A stretch of DNA of 64,000 nucleotides from an uncultured Chloroflexia bacterium (GTDB lineage: Bacteria > Chloroflexota > Dehalococcoidia > Dehalococcoidales > RBG-16-60-22), in the NCBI GenBank assembly GCA_963739515.1, contig CAVUAO010000002.1, positions 51,263 through 115,262 of the forward strand, in the 5' to 3' direction. Below the pieces are notes generated by a model. The model did not search any database. It was not told the origin of the DNA and saw only the letters and a list, made by a program, of their open reading frames with translations. Both the position numbers and the translations under genes were made by a program. Positions 39,771 through 49,349 of this stretch are shown here, one piece after another; the stretch's first letter is position 1, and each line of letters begins with the position of its first letter.

Positions 39771-41168
39771 ATGGACGCGGCATATTCTTTAGCAAAGAAC
39801 CTGGTCGACACTAAATATGACAACCTTCCCCCTGACGTCGTCGCGCACACTAAGAAGCAGGTGCTGGATATTCTTGGCGTGGCACTGGGCGGCTCGGCGA
39901 AAGCCGGCGTTAGCGAGCTGGCGGAAATCGTGTCCGACTGGGGAGGTAAAGAGGAAAGTACCATATGGTGCTACGGTAAAAAGGTGCCCGCCCCGAACGC
40001 CGCCCAGGTGAATGCCTCGATGGGCCATGCCCTGGATTACGATGATACCGGCGATGGTCCCACCCATCCCTCGGTGGTTGTCGTTCCCACCGCTTTAGCT
40101 ATGGCCGAGCGTCAGGGCGGTGTCAGAGGGAAAGAGTTTATCACCGCCGTCGCCCTGGGGGTTGACATGATGGGCCGACTCGGCCAGGCTTTCCGGTCGG
40201 GTCTGAAGACTGCTCCCGTCGCCGGTCATCCGGGGGCCGGCTGGCACCTGACCGCTTTATACGGCTATCTGGTCTCGGCGGGCGTCGCCGGCAAGCTGCT
40301 CAAGCTGGACCGGGAAGGCGTCCAGAACGCTATCGGCATCGCCTATCACCAGTGCGCCGGCAACGGCCAGTGCGTTACCGAGGGCGCTTTGACCAAGCGG
40401 ATGGGGCCCGGTTTTGCCGCGCGGGGCGGCATCGTCGCTGCTTTGATGGCGGAAAAGGGCATTACGGGAGCTAAAGAGTCGCTGGAAGGGGAGGTGGGCC
40501 TTTTTCGTCTCTACCATAAGGGCGAGTACGACCCTCTGCCATTGACCGCCGGCCTCGGTAAGCGGTTTACCAATTTGAACGTTGCCATGAAGCCCTATCC
40601 CTGCTGTAAAGGCACTCATAGCTATGTTGATGTCGCCCTGGCGATGGTCGCTAAATACCATATCAAGCCCGGAGACATTAAGGAAATCGAGGTCTATTCC
40701 CAGGACGAAGAGTATTTCCTGGTCTATCCGCTGGACAAGCGGAGCCGCCCCGCCAATCCGGTAGATTCCCAGTTCAGTATCCCCTGGGCGGTCGCGGCGG
40801 TTTTCGCCCGCGGACGCGCCGGTATCGGGGAATTTACGGAAGAAGCGATTCAAAGCCCGGATATTCTGGATATCGCCGCTAAAGTGCTTGTTAAGGCGGA
40901 TAAGAACATCGGCGAGAAGCAAGGTCTTGTTCCTGCTAAAATCAGCGTATCTACTAACCATGGCGTCACTTTCTTCGAGCAGGCGGATATTTTAGATGAA
41001 GGAGCGAGCAAACCTTTGCCTTTTTCTGCCTATGAAGCTAAATTCCGCGACTGCGCCTCTTATGCCGTTAAGCCGCGTACTAAAAAGCAAATCGATAAGA
41101 TCGTTTCTATGGTCAAAAAGCTTGAAAATATCGATGATCTCCGTGAGCTGGTTGAACTATTATCGTAG
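39771..41168 (+). CDS. MmgE/PrpD family protein
   Basis: HALDYDD, HP, GWH, KPYPCC, QFSIP. Confidence 0.93.
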   Translation: MDAAYSLAKNLVDTKYDNLPPDVVAHTKKQVLDILGVALGGSAKAGVSELAEIVSDWGGKEESTIWCYGKKVPAPNAAQVNASMGHALDYDDTGDGPTHPSVVVVPTALAMAERQGGVRGKEFITAVALGVDMMGRLGQAFRSGLKTAPVAGHPGAGWHLTALYGYLVSAGVAGKLLKLDREGVQNAIGIAYHQCAGNGQCVTEGALTKRMGPGFAARGGIVAALMAEKGITGAKESLEGEVGLFRLYHKGEYDPLPLTAGLGKRFTNLNVAMKPYPCCKGTHSYVDVALAMVAKYHIKPGDIKEIEVYSQDEEYFLVYPLDKRSRPANPVDSQFSIPWAVAAVFARGRAGIGEFTEEAIQSPDILDIAAKVLVKADKNIGEKQGLVPAKISVSTNHGVTFFEQADILDEGASKPLPFSAYEAKFRDCASYAVKPRTKKQIDKIVSMVKKLENIDDLRELVELLS

Positions 41169-41187
41169 AAGTCAGAGGAGGTAATTT

Positions 41188-42414
41188 ATGGTCTATCCTC
41201 TGGAAGGCATTAAAGTCCTGGATTTCAGTATCGCCGTCGCCGCGCCTTTTGGGGGTGCCATGCTCGCGGATATGGGCGCCGAGGTCATTAAAGTGGAAAG
41301 GGTGCAGGGCGAGGCTACCCGACTCGGCCTTCCCGCCGGTATGGATGATGTCCTCGATACCGATACCACCGGTTCTGAAGATAAAGCCGACTGGATGGCG
41401 TTTAACCGCGGCAAGAAGGACCTGGCTGTAGATATCAGGTCGGCGAAAGGACGGGAAATCGTCCTGAAGCTGGCTAAAGATACCGACGTCATCTTGCAGA
41501 GCTTCCGGCCCGGTGTTGCCGATAGATTGGGTATCGGTTATGAAGCTATCTCGAAAATCAACCCTCGCGTCATTTATTGCTCTTTCTCCGGCTACGGCGA
41601 AACGGGCCCCGTCGCCCACCGCGCCGGCGGCGACATGTGGAGCCAGGCGATGTCCGGTATCGTCAGCGTGATGGGCTATCCCGGCCGTGACCCCCGGATG
41701 CTGCCCTTCCCCGCCTGCGACCATCTCGGCGGGATTCTGGTGGCCTACGCCGTCATGACGGCCCTCTTCGTGCGGGAGCGTACGGGTGTGGGACAGGCTT
41801 TGACGGTGAACAACCTCGATGCCGCGCTATATTTGCAGTTCTCCGGTTTCGCCGAGTATCTGGCGGGCGGCCGGATGCCCTACAAGTCCGGCCGGAGCTA
41901 TGGCACCCCGCCCTTCGGCCCCTTTAAGGCTAAGGATGGCGATGTCCTGACCATCTTCGGCACCGGTCCCATGTGGCCGGATTTCTGCAAGGTGGTAGGC
42001 GTCGAGCACCTGGCGAACGACCCCCGTTTCAGTACCGACGAAGCCCGCTGGGAGAACCGCGAGGAAATCGGCCGGCTTTTGGACGATGCTTTTATGAAGA
42101 AGACCCGCGCCGAGTGGGCGCAGATTTTCCGCGATAATAAAATGCGCTGCGACCCCTGTCTTACCTACGAGGAGCTTTGTGCCCATCTCCAGCTCAAGGA
42201 AAACGATATCATTTATTCCGTTGACCACCCCACCCGCGGCAAGGTAAAAATGCTGGGTCTGCCGGTAAAGCTCAAGAAAACACCGGGCCAGCCTCAGGGT
42301 GCGGCGCCTTTGCTGGGTCAGCACACGGAAGAAATCCTGCTGAAATTAGGCTATAAATCTAAAGAAATCGCTGATATGGAAAAGCGGGGCATAATCAAGA
42401 CCTATAAAAAATAA
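41188..42414 (+). CDS. Class III (CaiB/BaiF) CoA-transferase
   Basis: PLEGIKVLD, LADMGAEVIKVE, NRGKK, SFRPGV, CD, APLLGQHT. Confidence 0.95.
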   Translation: MVYPLEGIKVLDFSIAVAAPFGGAMLADMGAEVIKVERVQGEATRLGLPAGMDDVLDTDTTGSEDKADWMAFNRGKKDLAVDIRSAKGREIVLKLAKDTDVILQSFRPGVADRLGIGYEAISKINPRVIYCSFSGYGETGPVAHRAGGDMWSQAMSGIVSVMGYPGRDPRMLPFPACDHLGGILVAYAVMTALFVRERTGVGQALTVNNLDAALYLQFSGFAEYLAGGRMPYKSGRSYGTPPFGPFKAKDGDVLTIFGTGPMWPDFCKVVGVEHLANDPRFSTDEARWENREEIGRLLDDAFMKKTRAEWAQIFRDNKMRCDPCLTYEELCAHLQLKENDIIYSVDHPTRGKVKMLGLPVKLKKTPGQPQGAAPLLGQHTEEILLKLGYKSKEIADMEKRGIIKTYKK

Positions 42415-42440
42415 TGGTATTCCAGTCGGTAGTGCGCAGC

Positions 42441-42559
42441 GAGAGGGGGTTCATCCTGAAGGTTCACCCTGAAGGGCGAAGCCCCTCTTCTTTCTCCCAG
42501 TTTGAGAGGCCTGCCCTTCGAAGCCTTGGCGCAGAAGGGGGGACAAAGGGGGTGAGGTA
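42441..42559. repeat. Multi-hairpin intergenic repeat, degenerate copy D
   Basis: GAGAGGGGG...CCCCTCT; ends GGGGGACAAAGGGGGTGAGGT. Confidence 0.7.
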
Positions 42560-42567
42560 ATTAAAAT

Positions 42568-43257
42568 TCACACCTCCATCACTATCCTGGCGTCCACCAC
42601 CAACGCCGCATCTTTATAAGCGATTATCGGATTAAGGTCGATTTCTTTAATCTCCGGTGTCTTCTCCACAAAATCGGATACTTTCATTAAAATGTCTTCC
42701 AGCGCGTTGATGTCCGCCGCCTCGTGTCCCCGGTAGCCCTGCAGCAGGGGATAGCCCTTGATTTCTTTAATCATTTCCGCGGCGTCCCGTCGCGCTATCG
42801 GCACAATCCGGAAGGCTACGTCTTTCAGCACCTCCACGAATATCCCCCCCAGACCGAACATGATCACCGGCCCGAACTGGGCGTCTTTGAATGTCCCGAC
42901 GATTATCTCCACCCCCGGCCGGGCCATCTTTTCCACGGCCACGCCGTCTATTTTTGCCTTTGGGAACGCTGCTTTCGCCGCCGCCATGATTTCCCCGTAA
43001 GCTTTCTCGACCTCGGCTTTATTTTTCAGCCCTACCTTCACCCCGCCCGCGTCGCTTTTATGGATAATGTCCGGCGAGGCTATCTTCAATACTACCGGAA
43101 AACCGATTTCGGCGCTGATTTCGGCGGCCTGCTTTCGACTGGTTGCCAGCTGTGTCTCGACCACGCTGATGCCGGCTCCTTTGAATATCTCCTTGGCTTC
43201 GATTTCCGTCAATATCGTCCTGCCCTGTTTTTTAGCGTCTGCGATGATTTTATTCAT
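42568..43257 (-). CDS. ADP-forming acetate/acyl-CoA ligase beta (ATP-grasp) subunit
   Basis: GFPVVLKI.SPDI.HKSD.GGV, FGPVIMFGLGG, EIDLNP, VDARI. Confidence 0.93.
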   Translation of the reverse strand: MNKIIADAKKQGRTILTEIEAKEIFKGAGISVVETQLATSRKQAAEISAEIGFPVVLKIASPDIIHKSDAGGVKVGLKNKAEVEKAYGEIMAAAKAAFPKAKIDGVAVEKMARPGVEIIVGTFKDAQFGPVIMFGLGGIFVEVLKDVAFRIVPIARRDAAEMIKEIKGYPLLQGYRGHEAADINALEDILMKVSDFVEKTPEIKEIDLNPIIAYKDAALVVDARIVMEV

Positions 43258-43279
43258 ATTTCCCCCTGTCGCCGGACTG

Positions 43280-44737
43280 TTATTTGGCTCGAGTATCTTC
43301 GAGGTACCGCCGGTACCGGTTGAGGTTCCGCAGTACCCTGGCCGCCCGCCGCGCGTTCGACTGCACGATGATTTTGGCGTTTTTAAAGACCCATTCCACC
43401 TCCGGGTCGATGTTGAAGCCGCGTGATTGCCACATGAGGAATACCGGCTTGCGGTATTTCTCCGCTTTCTCGCTTATCGACCTCAGGTTCTTTTGCTCTT
43501 TTTCGCGGTAGGCTTTGATTTGTGCGTCGCTGAGGCCCATGTATCCCGACAGCATGGCCCTGTCGGTAATTATCGGCGCGAGCAGCAGCGCCGCGTCGAT
43601 ATTCTCGTCTTCCATCACCGCCAGCAGCAGGTCGCTGACGACCGCGAAGTCCGAAGCGTTAGGCCCGGCCATATCGACCGGGTTGCGGCGGGGCCAGCGC
43701 GTCGGCAGCATTTTGTCCAGCTTTTGTAGCGTCGCTTCTTGCAGCGTCCCGATGGTTAACCCTTCCTTTTCGCAGGCCTCGGCGGTCAGCGCCCCCGGCC
43801 CGCCCCCGATGCTGATTATCCCTATCCGGTCCCCCCGCGGAAGCGGCCCATTGAGCAGGGCAATCACCGTGTCGCCGAGCTCTTCATCATCGTCGACCCG
43901 TATCACGCCGGTCTGCCGGAAGGCGGCGGTATAGACCGCGTCCTCGCCGGCCAGCGCCCCGGTATGGGACCTGACCGCTTTAGCCGACTCTTTGGTGCCG
44001 CCGACCTTAACGACGATGAGCGGTTTGCGCGCCGTCAATTTCCTGGCAATCTCGAGGAAACGCCGGCCTTCCCTGAGTCCTTCGATGTAGGCCGCAATCA
44101 CTTTCGTATCGGCGTCTGCGGCGAGGTATTCCAGGTAGTCTTCCATGCGCAGGTCGGTCTCGTTGCCGGTGCTGATGTATTTGCTGAAGGCGGCCCCACC
44201 TTCCGCCAGTCCCCGCACTATCTTGATGCACATATTGCCGCTCTGGGACAGTACCGCTACCGGCCCCCGGGACATTTCGGCTATCTGCCCGAAGGTGGAT
44301 ACCTGCGACCCCGTGTCGGCGTGGCCCATGCTGTTCGGCCCGATGAATCGTAAATTCCCCTGGCGGGCGATATCGTGTATCTCCGCTTCCATCTGGCGGC
44401 CTTCCTCGCCCGTTTCCCCGAACCCGGACGATATGATGACCGCCGCTCTAATGCCCTTGGTGACGCACTGGCGCAGTATCTGCGGGACTAATCTGGCCGC
44501 TACCACGATCACCGCCAGTTCGATGGCGTCCGGTATGTCCAGGACGCTGGGATAAGCCTTCAGCCCGAGGATTTCCGTGGCGTTGGGATTGACCGGGTAG
44601 ATGCGCCGCCCGCTTTTGTTCAGTAAGCCCCTGATGGCGTTGTTTCCCCACGACCCCGCCGTGTTGGACGCCCCGATAACGGCCACCGAAACGGGCGCAA
44701 AAAGATGTTGCCAGTCTTCCGGTCTCATGTTGTTCAA
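43280..44737 (-). CDS. ADP-forming acetate/acyl-CoA ligase alpha (CoA-binding) subunit
   Basis: SVAVIGAS, GPNSMG, SQSG, SHTGALAG phospho-His, NPVD. Confidence 0.92.
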   Translation of the reverse strand: MNNMRPEDWQHLFAPVSVAVIGASNTAGSWGNNAIRGLLNKSGRRIYPVNPNATEILGLKAYPSVLDIPDAIELAVIVVAARLVPQILRQCVTKGIRAAVIISSGFGETGEEGRQMEAEIHDIARQGNLRFIGPNSMGHADTGSQVSTFGQIAEMSRGPVAVLSQSGNMCIKIVRGLAEGGAAFSKYISTGNETDLRMEDYLEYLAADADTKVIAAYIEGLREGRRFLEIARKLTARKPLIVVKVGGTKESAKAVRSHTGALAGEDAVYTAAFRQTGVIRVDDDEELGDTVIALLNGPLPRGDRIGIISIGGGPGALTAEACEKEGLTIGTLQEATLQKLDKMLPTRWPRRNPVDMAGPNASDFAVVSDLLLAVMEDENIDAALLLAPIITDRAMLSGYMGLSDAQIKAYREKEQKNLRSISEKAEKYRKPVFLMWQSRGFNIDPEVEWVFKNAKIIVQSNARRAARVLRNLNRYRRYLEDTRAK

Positions 44738-44805
44738 GTCTTTTAAGACCCTCCGTCGATGTCGACAGCTTTGCCTTCGAGGCTTTTCATTGTTCCTCCC
44801 GCTTA

Positions 44806-46627
44806 TTATCGCTGGCCGGCGGTTTTTTGCGGCGGCCAGAGCTCTTCGGCGATATCGTTTAATCCCAGCTCCAGCAGCTTTTTCCGGCTGGGCTTGGTCG
44901 TGACCCTGTCCCAGTCCATCGCACCGAGGTTCCAGTACACCTGGGCGTCCAGGTCGGCGGTAACCCCCGCCAGCGGTCCTTCTGTTTGCGGCGGCTGGCC
45001 GATTATCCGACCGTGCACTTTACGTTTCAGGGGATTGTCTCCCTCCCGCAGATTGAAAACGTGCCGCATCACCTCGATGCGCTCGCCGCACTTCAGGATT
45101 TCTTCCAGCGGGCGCTGCCATCCCGTCACCGCCGCGAGGAATTCAGCGGCGTATTGTGCTCCGTTGACCATGGTATTGATGTGCAGGCAGAGCCCGGCGG
45201 AGTTTATCACCAGCCACCCGAAGTGCGTCGGCCCGAAGCCGCCCGTATGCCGTCCCGGGGCGGCGTCCATTTTATACTTGGCGGAAGTAGGCTGGCCGGC
45301 AAAGCCGGGAAAATCGGCTTTGGGGTCGTGCAGCCCGAGCTCTTGCCCTCCGATGTGCACCGCGTATGCCTCGGCGCCCCTGCCGATTCTCTCCGCCGCT
45401 TTTTTTACGCCGTCCGCCAGCACGTCCCCGAACCCTTCGCGCCTGGCCAGCTTTTCCGTCATGGCCACCATGGCGCGGTGGTCCCCCCACCTCAGGTCGA
45501 TGCCGTCGGTATCTTTTTTCGTGATAAGGCCATGCTCGTAGCACTCCATGGCAAAGGCGATGACCGTGCCGGCGGAGATAGTATCCACCCCGTACCAGTT
45601 GCAGATATGGTTCGCCATCGCCACGGCCTCGGCGTCCCTGCAAAGGCACATCGCCCCGAAAGCGGCGGCTGTTTCGTACTCCGGCCGCTTCGTGCCGCCG
45701 GGTATTTATATTCCCCGGAGCCTTCTTTCAGCCGGCCGTGGCAGGCCACCGGGCAATGCCAGCAGCCGGCGCGGCTGGCCACGTTTTCGTTAAAGTGTTC
45801 TTTGCTGAGTCCTGAGACGTCGGGCATTTCGATGACCCCCACCCCGCCCCAGTTCTTTACCGGCGTGTCCCCGCTGTGCGCGGAATTATCGGTATGCGAG
45901 CACGTGCCGAAGTTGTGCAGCCCGTTACGGGCCGGGCTTTTATTGATGATGGCTAAATAGTCTTTTCTCAGCCTGTCGGTGGTGCCGGTGTCGTCAATGG
46001 GCACTTTGCCTTCTCCCCGCACCGCCACCGCTTTGAGTTTTTTCGAGCCCATGACCGCCCCCAGGCCGGAGCGCCCCGCCGCCGAGCCCTTATGCGTAAT
46101 TATCGCCGAGATGAGCGAGAGCTTTTCTCCCGCCGGCCCGATGGCGATGACCCTGGTATCGCTGCCGTGTTCCTCTCTTAAAGTATCCTCGGTCTCGAAG
46201 GTGCTTTTTCCCCAGAGGCGCGCGGCATCGCGCAGCTCCGCTTTGCCGTTATTAATAAAAAGATAAATCGGCTTGGGAGAGATGCCCGAAAAAAAGATGC
46301 CGTCATAGCCGGTAAATTTTAGATATGGGCCGAATTCCGACCCGCAGTTGGCGTCCCCCCACCCCCCGGTCAGCGGTGATTTGCCCACGACCGCGTACCG
46401 GCAGCCCAGGGGGCCGGCGTGCCGGTCAATGGTCCGGTCATTACGCCGAGGATGTTCTCCGGCCCCAGCGGGTCGACCCCGCCCCTCTGCCGACTATATA
46501 GGATGCGGGCGCCTACGCCGTATCCCCCGATGTAGTCGCGGTAGAGACCCTCGTCGGGCGTTTCTTCTATAATCTGCCCGCTGGCAAGATTGACGAAGAG
46601 GAGCTTGCCCAGGTATCCTCCGGCCAT
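44806..46627 (-). CDS. Aldehyde:ferredoxin oxidoreductase (W/Mo-pterin), two frameshifts (~46410, ~45697)
   Basis: GGY.GK, DPLGPEN, KSPLTG, IGPAGE, GRSGLGAVMGSK, CWHCPVAC, (P)EYET and GVDTIS motifs across three ORFs. Confidence 0.88.
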
Positions 46628-46716
46628 TCTTATGCTTCCTTTACTTTATATTAATTCAACGTTGATAAAGAAATTAATATGACTTCATTCGGGAGATTTG
46701 GTGAATCTTATCAAAA

Positions 46717-46790
46717 TGGCTGGCGAGCCAGGATTCGAACCTGGGCTAAAGGATCCAAAGTCCTCGGTGCTACCACTACACCACTCGCCA
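46717..46790 (-). tRNA. tRNA-Gln (TTG)
   Basis: 74-nt cloverleaf TGGCGAG...; anticodon arm GAGGA-CTTTGGA-TCCTT; CCA. Confidence 0.97.
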
Positions 46791-46839
46791 GCGTTACTCG
46801 TAGAATTATATCATTTCAGCCTGGCGGCGACAACGCATA

Positions 46840-46883
46840 AAAAATCACCCCGCCGTCACGGTCCGCTTCCCTTGACGGCGGGG
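46840..46883 (-). terminator. Rho-independent terminator
   Basis: CCCCGCCGTCA-loop-TGACGGCGGGG followed by TGATTTTTT on the minus strand. Confidence 0.6.
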
Positions 46884-46905
46884 CGTTATTGATCCCCTGA
46901 TGTTT

Positions 46906-47238
46906 CTATTTTGAGGACGGTCTTTTCTTCGTGAGGAGATTATCTATTTCGTGCATCGCCTCGATGCGCATTTTCCATTTGCGGGCTTTATCGGCCAGGA
47001 AACGCCGGGTTGGTTTCGCGCTGAGAAGAATTGAATTTATGTTTACCCAGGGGATGAAGATGCTTTCCGTATATCCTCCCGGCATGTCGAGCTTGTCGTC
47101 CCAATGTACCAGGTTTATCACGATGCCGTGCTCGTCCACGACATCGACTATCCCGATATAGCAGTCGTCCGGCGCCGTATCCGGCATAAGGTGTACTGCC
47201 ACGCAACAGCCCGGCTGTATCGCGTGTGTTTTAGCCAT
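46906..47238 (-). CDS. Hypothetical protein (possible Sm/Hfq-like beta fold)
   Basis: RBS AGGAGG; YIGIV..VDEHGI and FIPW.NI pattern. Confidence 0.7.
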   Translation of the reverse strand: MAKTHAIQPGCCVAVHLMPDTAPDDCYIGIVDVVDEHGIVINLVHWDDKLDMPGGYTESIFIPWVNINSILLSAKPTRRFLADKARKWKMRIEAMHEIDNLLTKKRPSSK

Positions 47239-47339
47239 ATCCTGCCTCCTTTTGAGAGGAGCCTTCTTAGCGTGCGTATATATTATATACCACGCCTGTC
47301 AATAGCATTCGAAATATTTGTTCGTGTTTATAAGTGATA

Positions 47340-47523
47340 ACCCACCCCTTACCCCTCTCCAGCCAGAATTATTGGTAGGTGACCACAGATATTCTTGGCT
47401 GGAGAGGGGAGTTCAGTAGAGAGGGGGCTTCGCCCCCTCTCGAAATCTCTCCCCCTCTCAAACACGCGGCATCTTAATTTGATGATTATACACCTGTTTG
47501 AGAGGGGGACAAAGGGGGTGAGT
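47340..47523. repeat. Multi-hairpin intergenic repeat, copy C
   Basis: Same three stems as copy B, with different 32-nt and 30-nt loops. Confidence 0.9.
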
Positions 47524-47590
47524 GTCGAAGATCGGTAATACACAACAGGTGGCTTTTTCGCTCTCAAACGAATCTGCCCTGCCGCTTTTA

Positions 47591-47669
47591 TTATGATTCC
47601 TAAATCAATCTTTATGAAATCTTAAGGTTAGTTTAGGTCAAGTTTATATATTTTATGTGGACTTTTATG
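47591..47669 (+). promoter_or_regulatory. Helically phased TTA(T/A/G)(G/A) direct repeats (OmpR/PhoB-type boxes?)
   Basis: Pentamers at 47591, 47612, 47622, 47633, 47644, 47653 and 47665. Confidence 0.45.
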
Positions 47670-47762
47670 AAGTATTGTTATGCTTTTTAAGGTTAATGAA
47701 AGAAACGTCGTAAATAGTTGAGTTCCCCAAACGCGGAACACCTGATAGGGGAGGTAAAATAA

Positions 47763-47876
47763 ATGGAAAACTTCGTCATGGTAGGAAAAGCTAAAACGGT
47801 TTTTCGGCTTATCGAGCTGAAAGCGAAGCGCGAAGAGCTTGCCAAGCGGGCTAAAAAACAGGGCTCGAAGAAATAG
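47763..47876 (+). CDS. Small basic protein, 37 aa (MENFVMVGKAKTVFRLIELKAKREELAKRAKKQGSKK)
   Basis: Strong RBS GGGGAGGT; below the ORF-track cutoff; stop lies 5 nt from the convergent gene. Confidence 0.65.
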   Translation: MENFVMVGKAKTVFRLIELKAKREELAKRAKKQGSKK

Positions 47877-47881
47877 AAATA

Positions 47882-48103
47882 TTATTGTTGAGGTTTCCGG
47901 AATTTATCCCTGAGCGCGTTAATTTCCTGCTGCTTCTCGAAATCTTCCTGGCTCATCGGTTCACAGGCTATCAGCATATTGTTCCTGATCTTTACCTTGA
48001 ATAACTCGTGGCATTTCCAGCACCGCCGCGGCCCCTCGTAGCTGTCCCCAACGAAAGAAATCTTGCTTTCCGCACTGCACTTGGGGCATATCATCGACAT
48101 CAT
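47882..48103 (-). CDS. Small zinc-ribbon protein
   Basis: CPKC...CWKC; RBS AAGGA. Confidence 0.75.
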   Translation of the reverse strand: MMSMICPKCSAESKISFVGDSYEGPRRCWKCHELFKVKIRNNMLIACEPMSQEDFEKQQEINALRDKFRKPQQ

Positions 48104-48225
48104 ATCGCTGTGGTCCTTTCATCCCCATCGCTTTCCCGGGGATTTTGCGCTCTTGCCTGATTATACCATTGGGCTGTGTCCGCTGCCAAGCTGAATAGTA
48201 GGGGAGATGAATTAGCCCGGGGATT

Positions 48226-48447
48226 TCATTCACTCAACTTATGGCACCTTGTGCAGTCATTATTGACGTATTCGTGTTTGATGTGAGACACGGGAAAAGG
48301 TTGGACACCGTTCGGACCATGACACGAGAGACAATCAGTCCGCTCTTCGAGGGGATGTGGTATGGTCGGCGCTGACCCGCACGCGCTAAGTAATACCGTC
48401 AGGGCCATGAGACCGGAGAGACAAAACCATATGAATCTCTTTTTCAT
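48226..48447 (-). CDS. Small diheme c-type cytochrome lipoprotein
   Basis: Signal peptide with LSAC lipobox; IPH, CLSCH and CTRCH. Confidence 0.82.
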   Translation of the reverse strand: MKKRFIWFCLSGLMALTVLLSACGSAPTIPHPLEERTDCLSCHGPNGVQPFPVSHIKHEYVNNDCTRCHKLSE

Positions 48448-48472
48448 TTATCCGCGCCCGTTATTGGTTAAC

Positions 48473-48560
48473 TGGTGCCGAAGGTCGGAGTCGAACCGAC
48501 ACGAGAGTTGCCCCTCAACGGTTTTTGAGACCGCCGCGTCTGCCATTCCGCCACTTCGGC
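48473..48560 (-). tRNA. tRNA-Leu (CAA)
   Basis: 88 nt, long variable arm; anticodon arm GCGGT-CTCAAAA-ACCGT; CCA. Confidence 0.97.
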
Positions 48561-48615
48561 ATAATTATCCTATTCTAGGTGAAAATAAAATATTACGCAA
48601 GGCTTTTGAATACAC

Positions 48616-48725
48616 AGGGCGTCTAAGAGGGGTTCACCAAGAAGGGTTCTCCCTGAAGGGTCACGACCCCTCTTCCATTTCCTCCCCCTCTTCTCTTACG
48701 GAGAGGGGGATAAGGGGGGTGAGGT
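48616..48725. repeat. Multi-hairpin intergenic repeat, partial copy E
   Basis: AGGGCGTCTAAGAGGGG...CCCCTCTT; CCCCCTCT..AGAGGGGG; GGGGGTGAGGT. Confidence 0.75.
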
Positions 48726-48818
48726 TGTCTCCCGCCCGGCGGAAAAACGAGAATGTTGCTCAACGGGCGCCGTTATTATAAACTTTTATTGTATTCTGAA
48801 AATGTTGGAGGTATCTTT

Positions 48819-49349
48819 ATGAAAGCCACCGATTTGATTGCCATGTCGCTCGAAGAAAGCAGCGGCTATGTATCCGAAGCGCTTAAAGGCCTGTCTCCGG
48901 CAGAGCTTGCCTGGCGCCCCAAGCCGTACAGCAACAGCATCGCTTTTCTCATGTGGCACCTTACCCGCGGCGAGGACCTGTGGATCAACCGGATTCTCCT
49001 CGGAGAGAAGGATATTTACGAGTCTGCAGGCTGGTATAAAAAGTTCGGCACTCCCGCCCAGGATACCGGTTTCGGTTACGACGTCGCCAAACTTGATGCC
49101 TGGCCGGTCCCGGCTCTATCACTCTTAATAGAATACGCCGACGCCGTCCGGGCCAAAACACTCGCTTACCTGAAATCGCTGACCGCGGTTAAGCTGGATG
49201 AGCCCCGCGACTTTGGCTGGAGGAAGGGTACCGCCGGTTCGGCGCTCTCGCATCTGGTCAATGAGCTCGCCGAGCACAGCGGCCAGATAGGCTATCTCCA
49301 CGGTATCATGAAGGGCATCCAGCCCCTCCCGCCTCCGCCCAAAACTTAA
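48819..49349 (+). CDS. DinB family protein
   Basis: NSIAFLMWHL...ED, HL..E.AEH.GQI; RBS GGAGG. Confidence 0.9.
   Translation: MKATDLIAMSLEESSGYVSEALKGLSPAELAWRPKPYSNSIAFLMWHLTRGEDLWINRILLGEKDIYESAGWYKKFGTPAQDTGFGYDVAKLDAWPVPALSLLIEYADAVRAKTLAYLKSLTAVKLDEPRDFGWRKGTAGSALSHLVNELAEHSGQIGYLHGIMKGIQPLPPPPKT

Noticed and set aside
47309-47325. LexA (GAAC-N4-GTTC) box upstream of 46906..47238
   Set aside because: The sequence reads GAAA-N5-GTTC, so both the spacing and one half-site are wrong.
47349-47567. ORFs 47349..47567 and 12384..12581
   Set aside because: They are translations of the palindromic repeat element rather than genes.
30615-48560. tRNA-anchored integrative element or prophage
   Set aside because: No integrase, phage gene or duplicated tRNA 3' end was seen.
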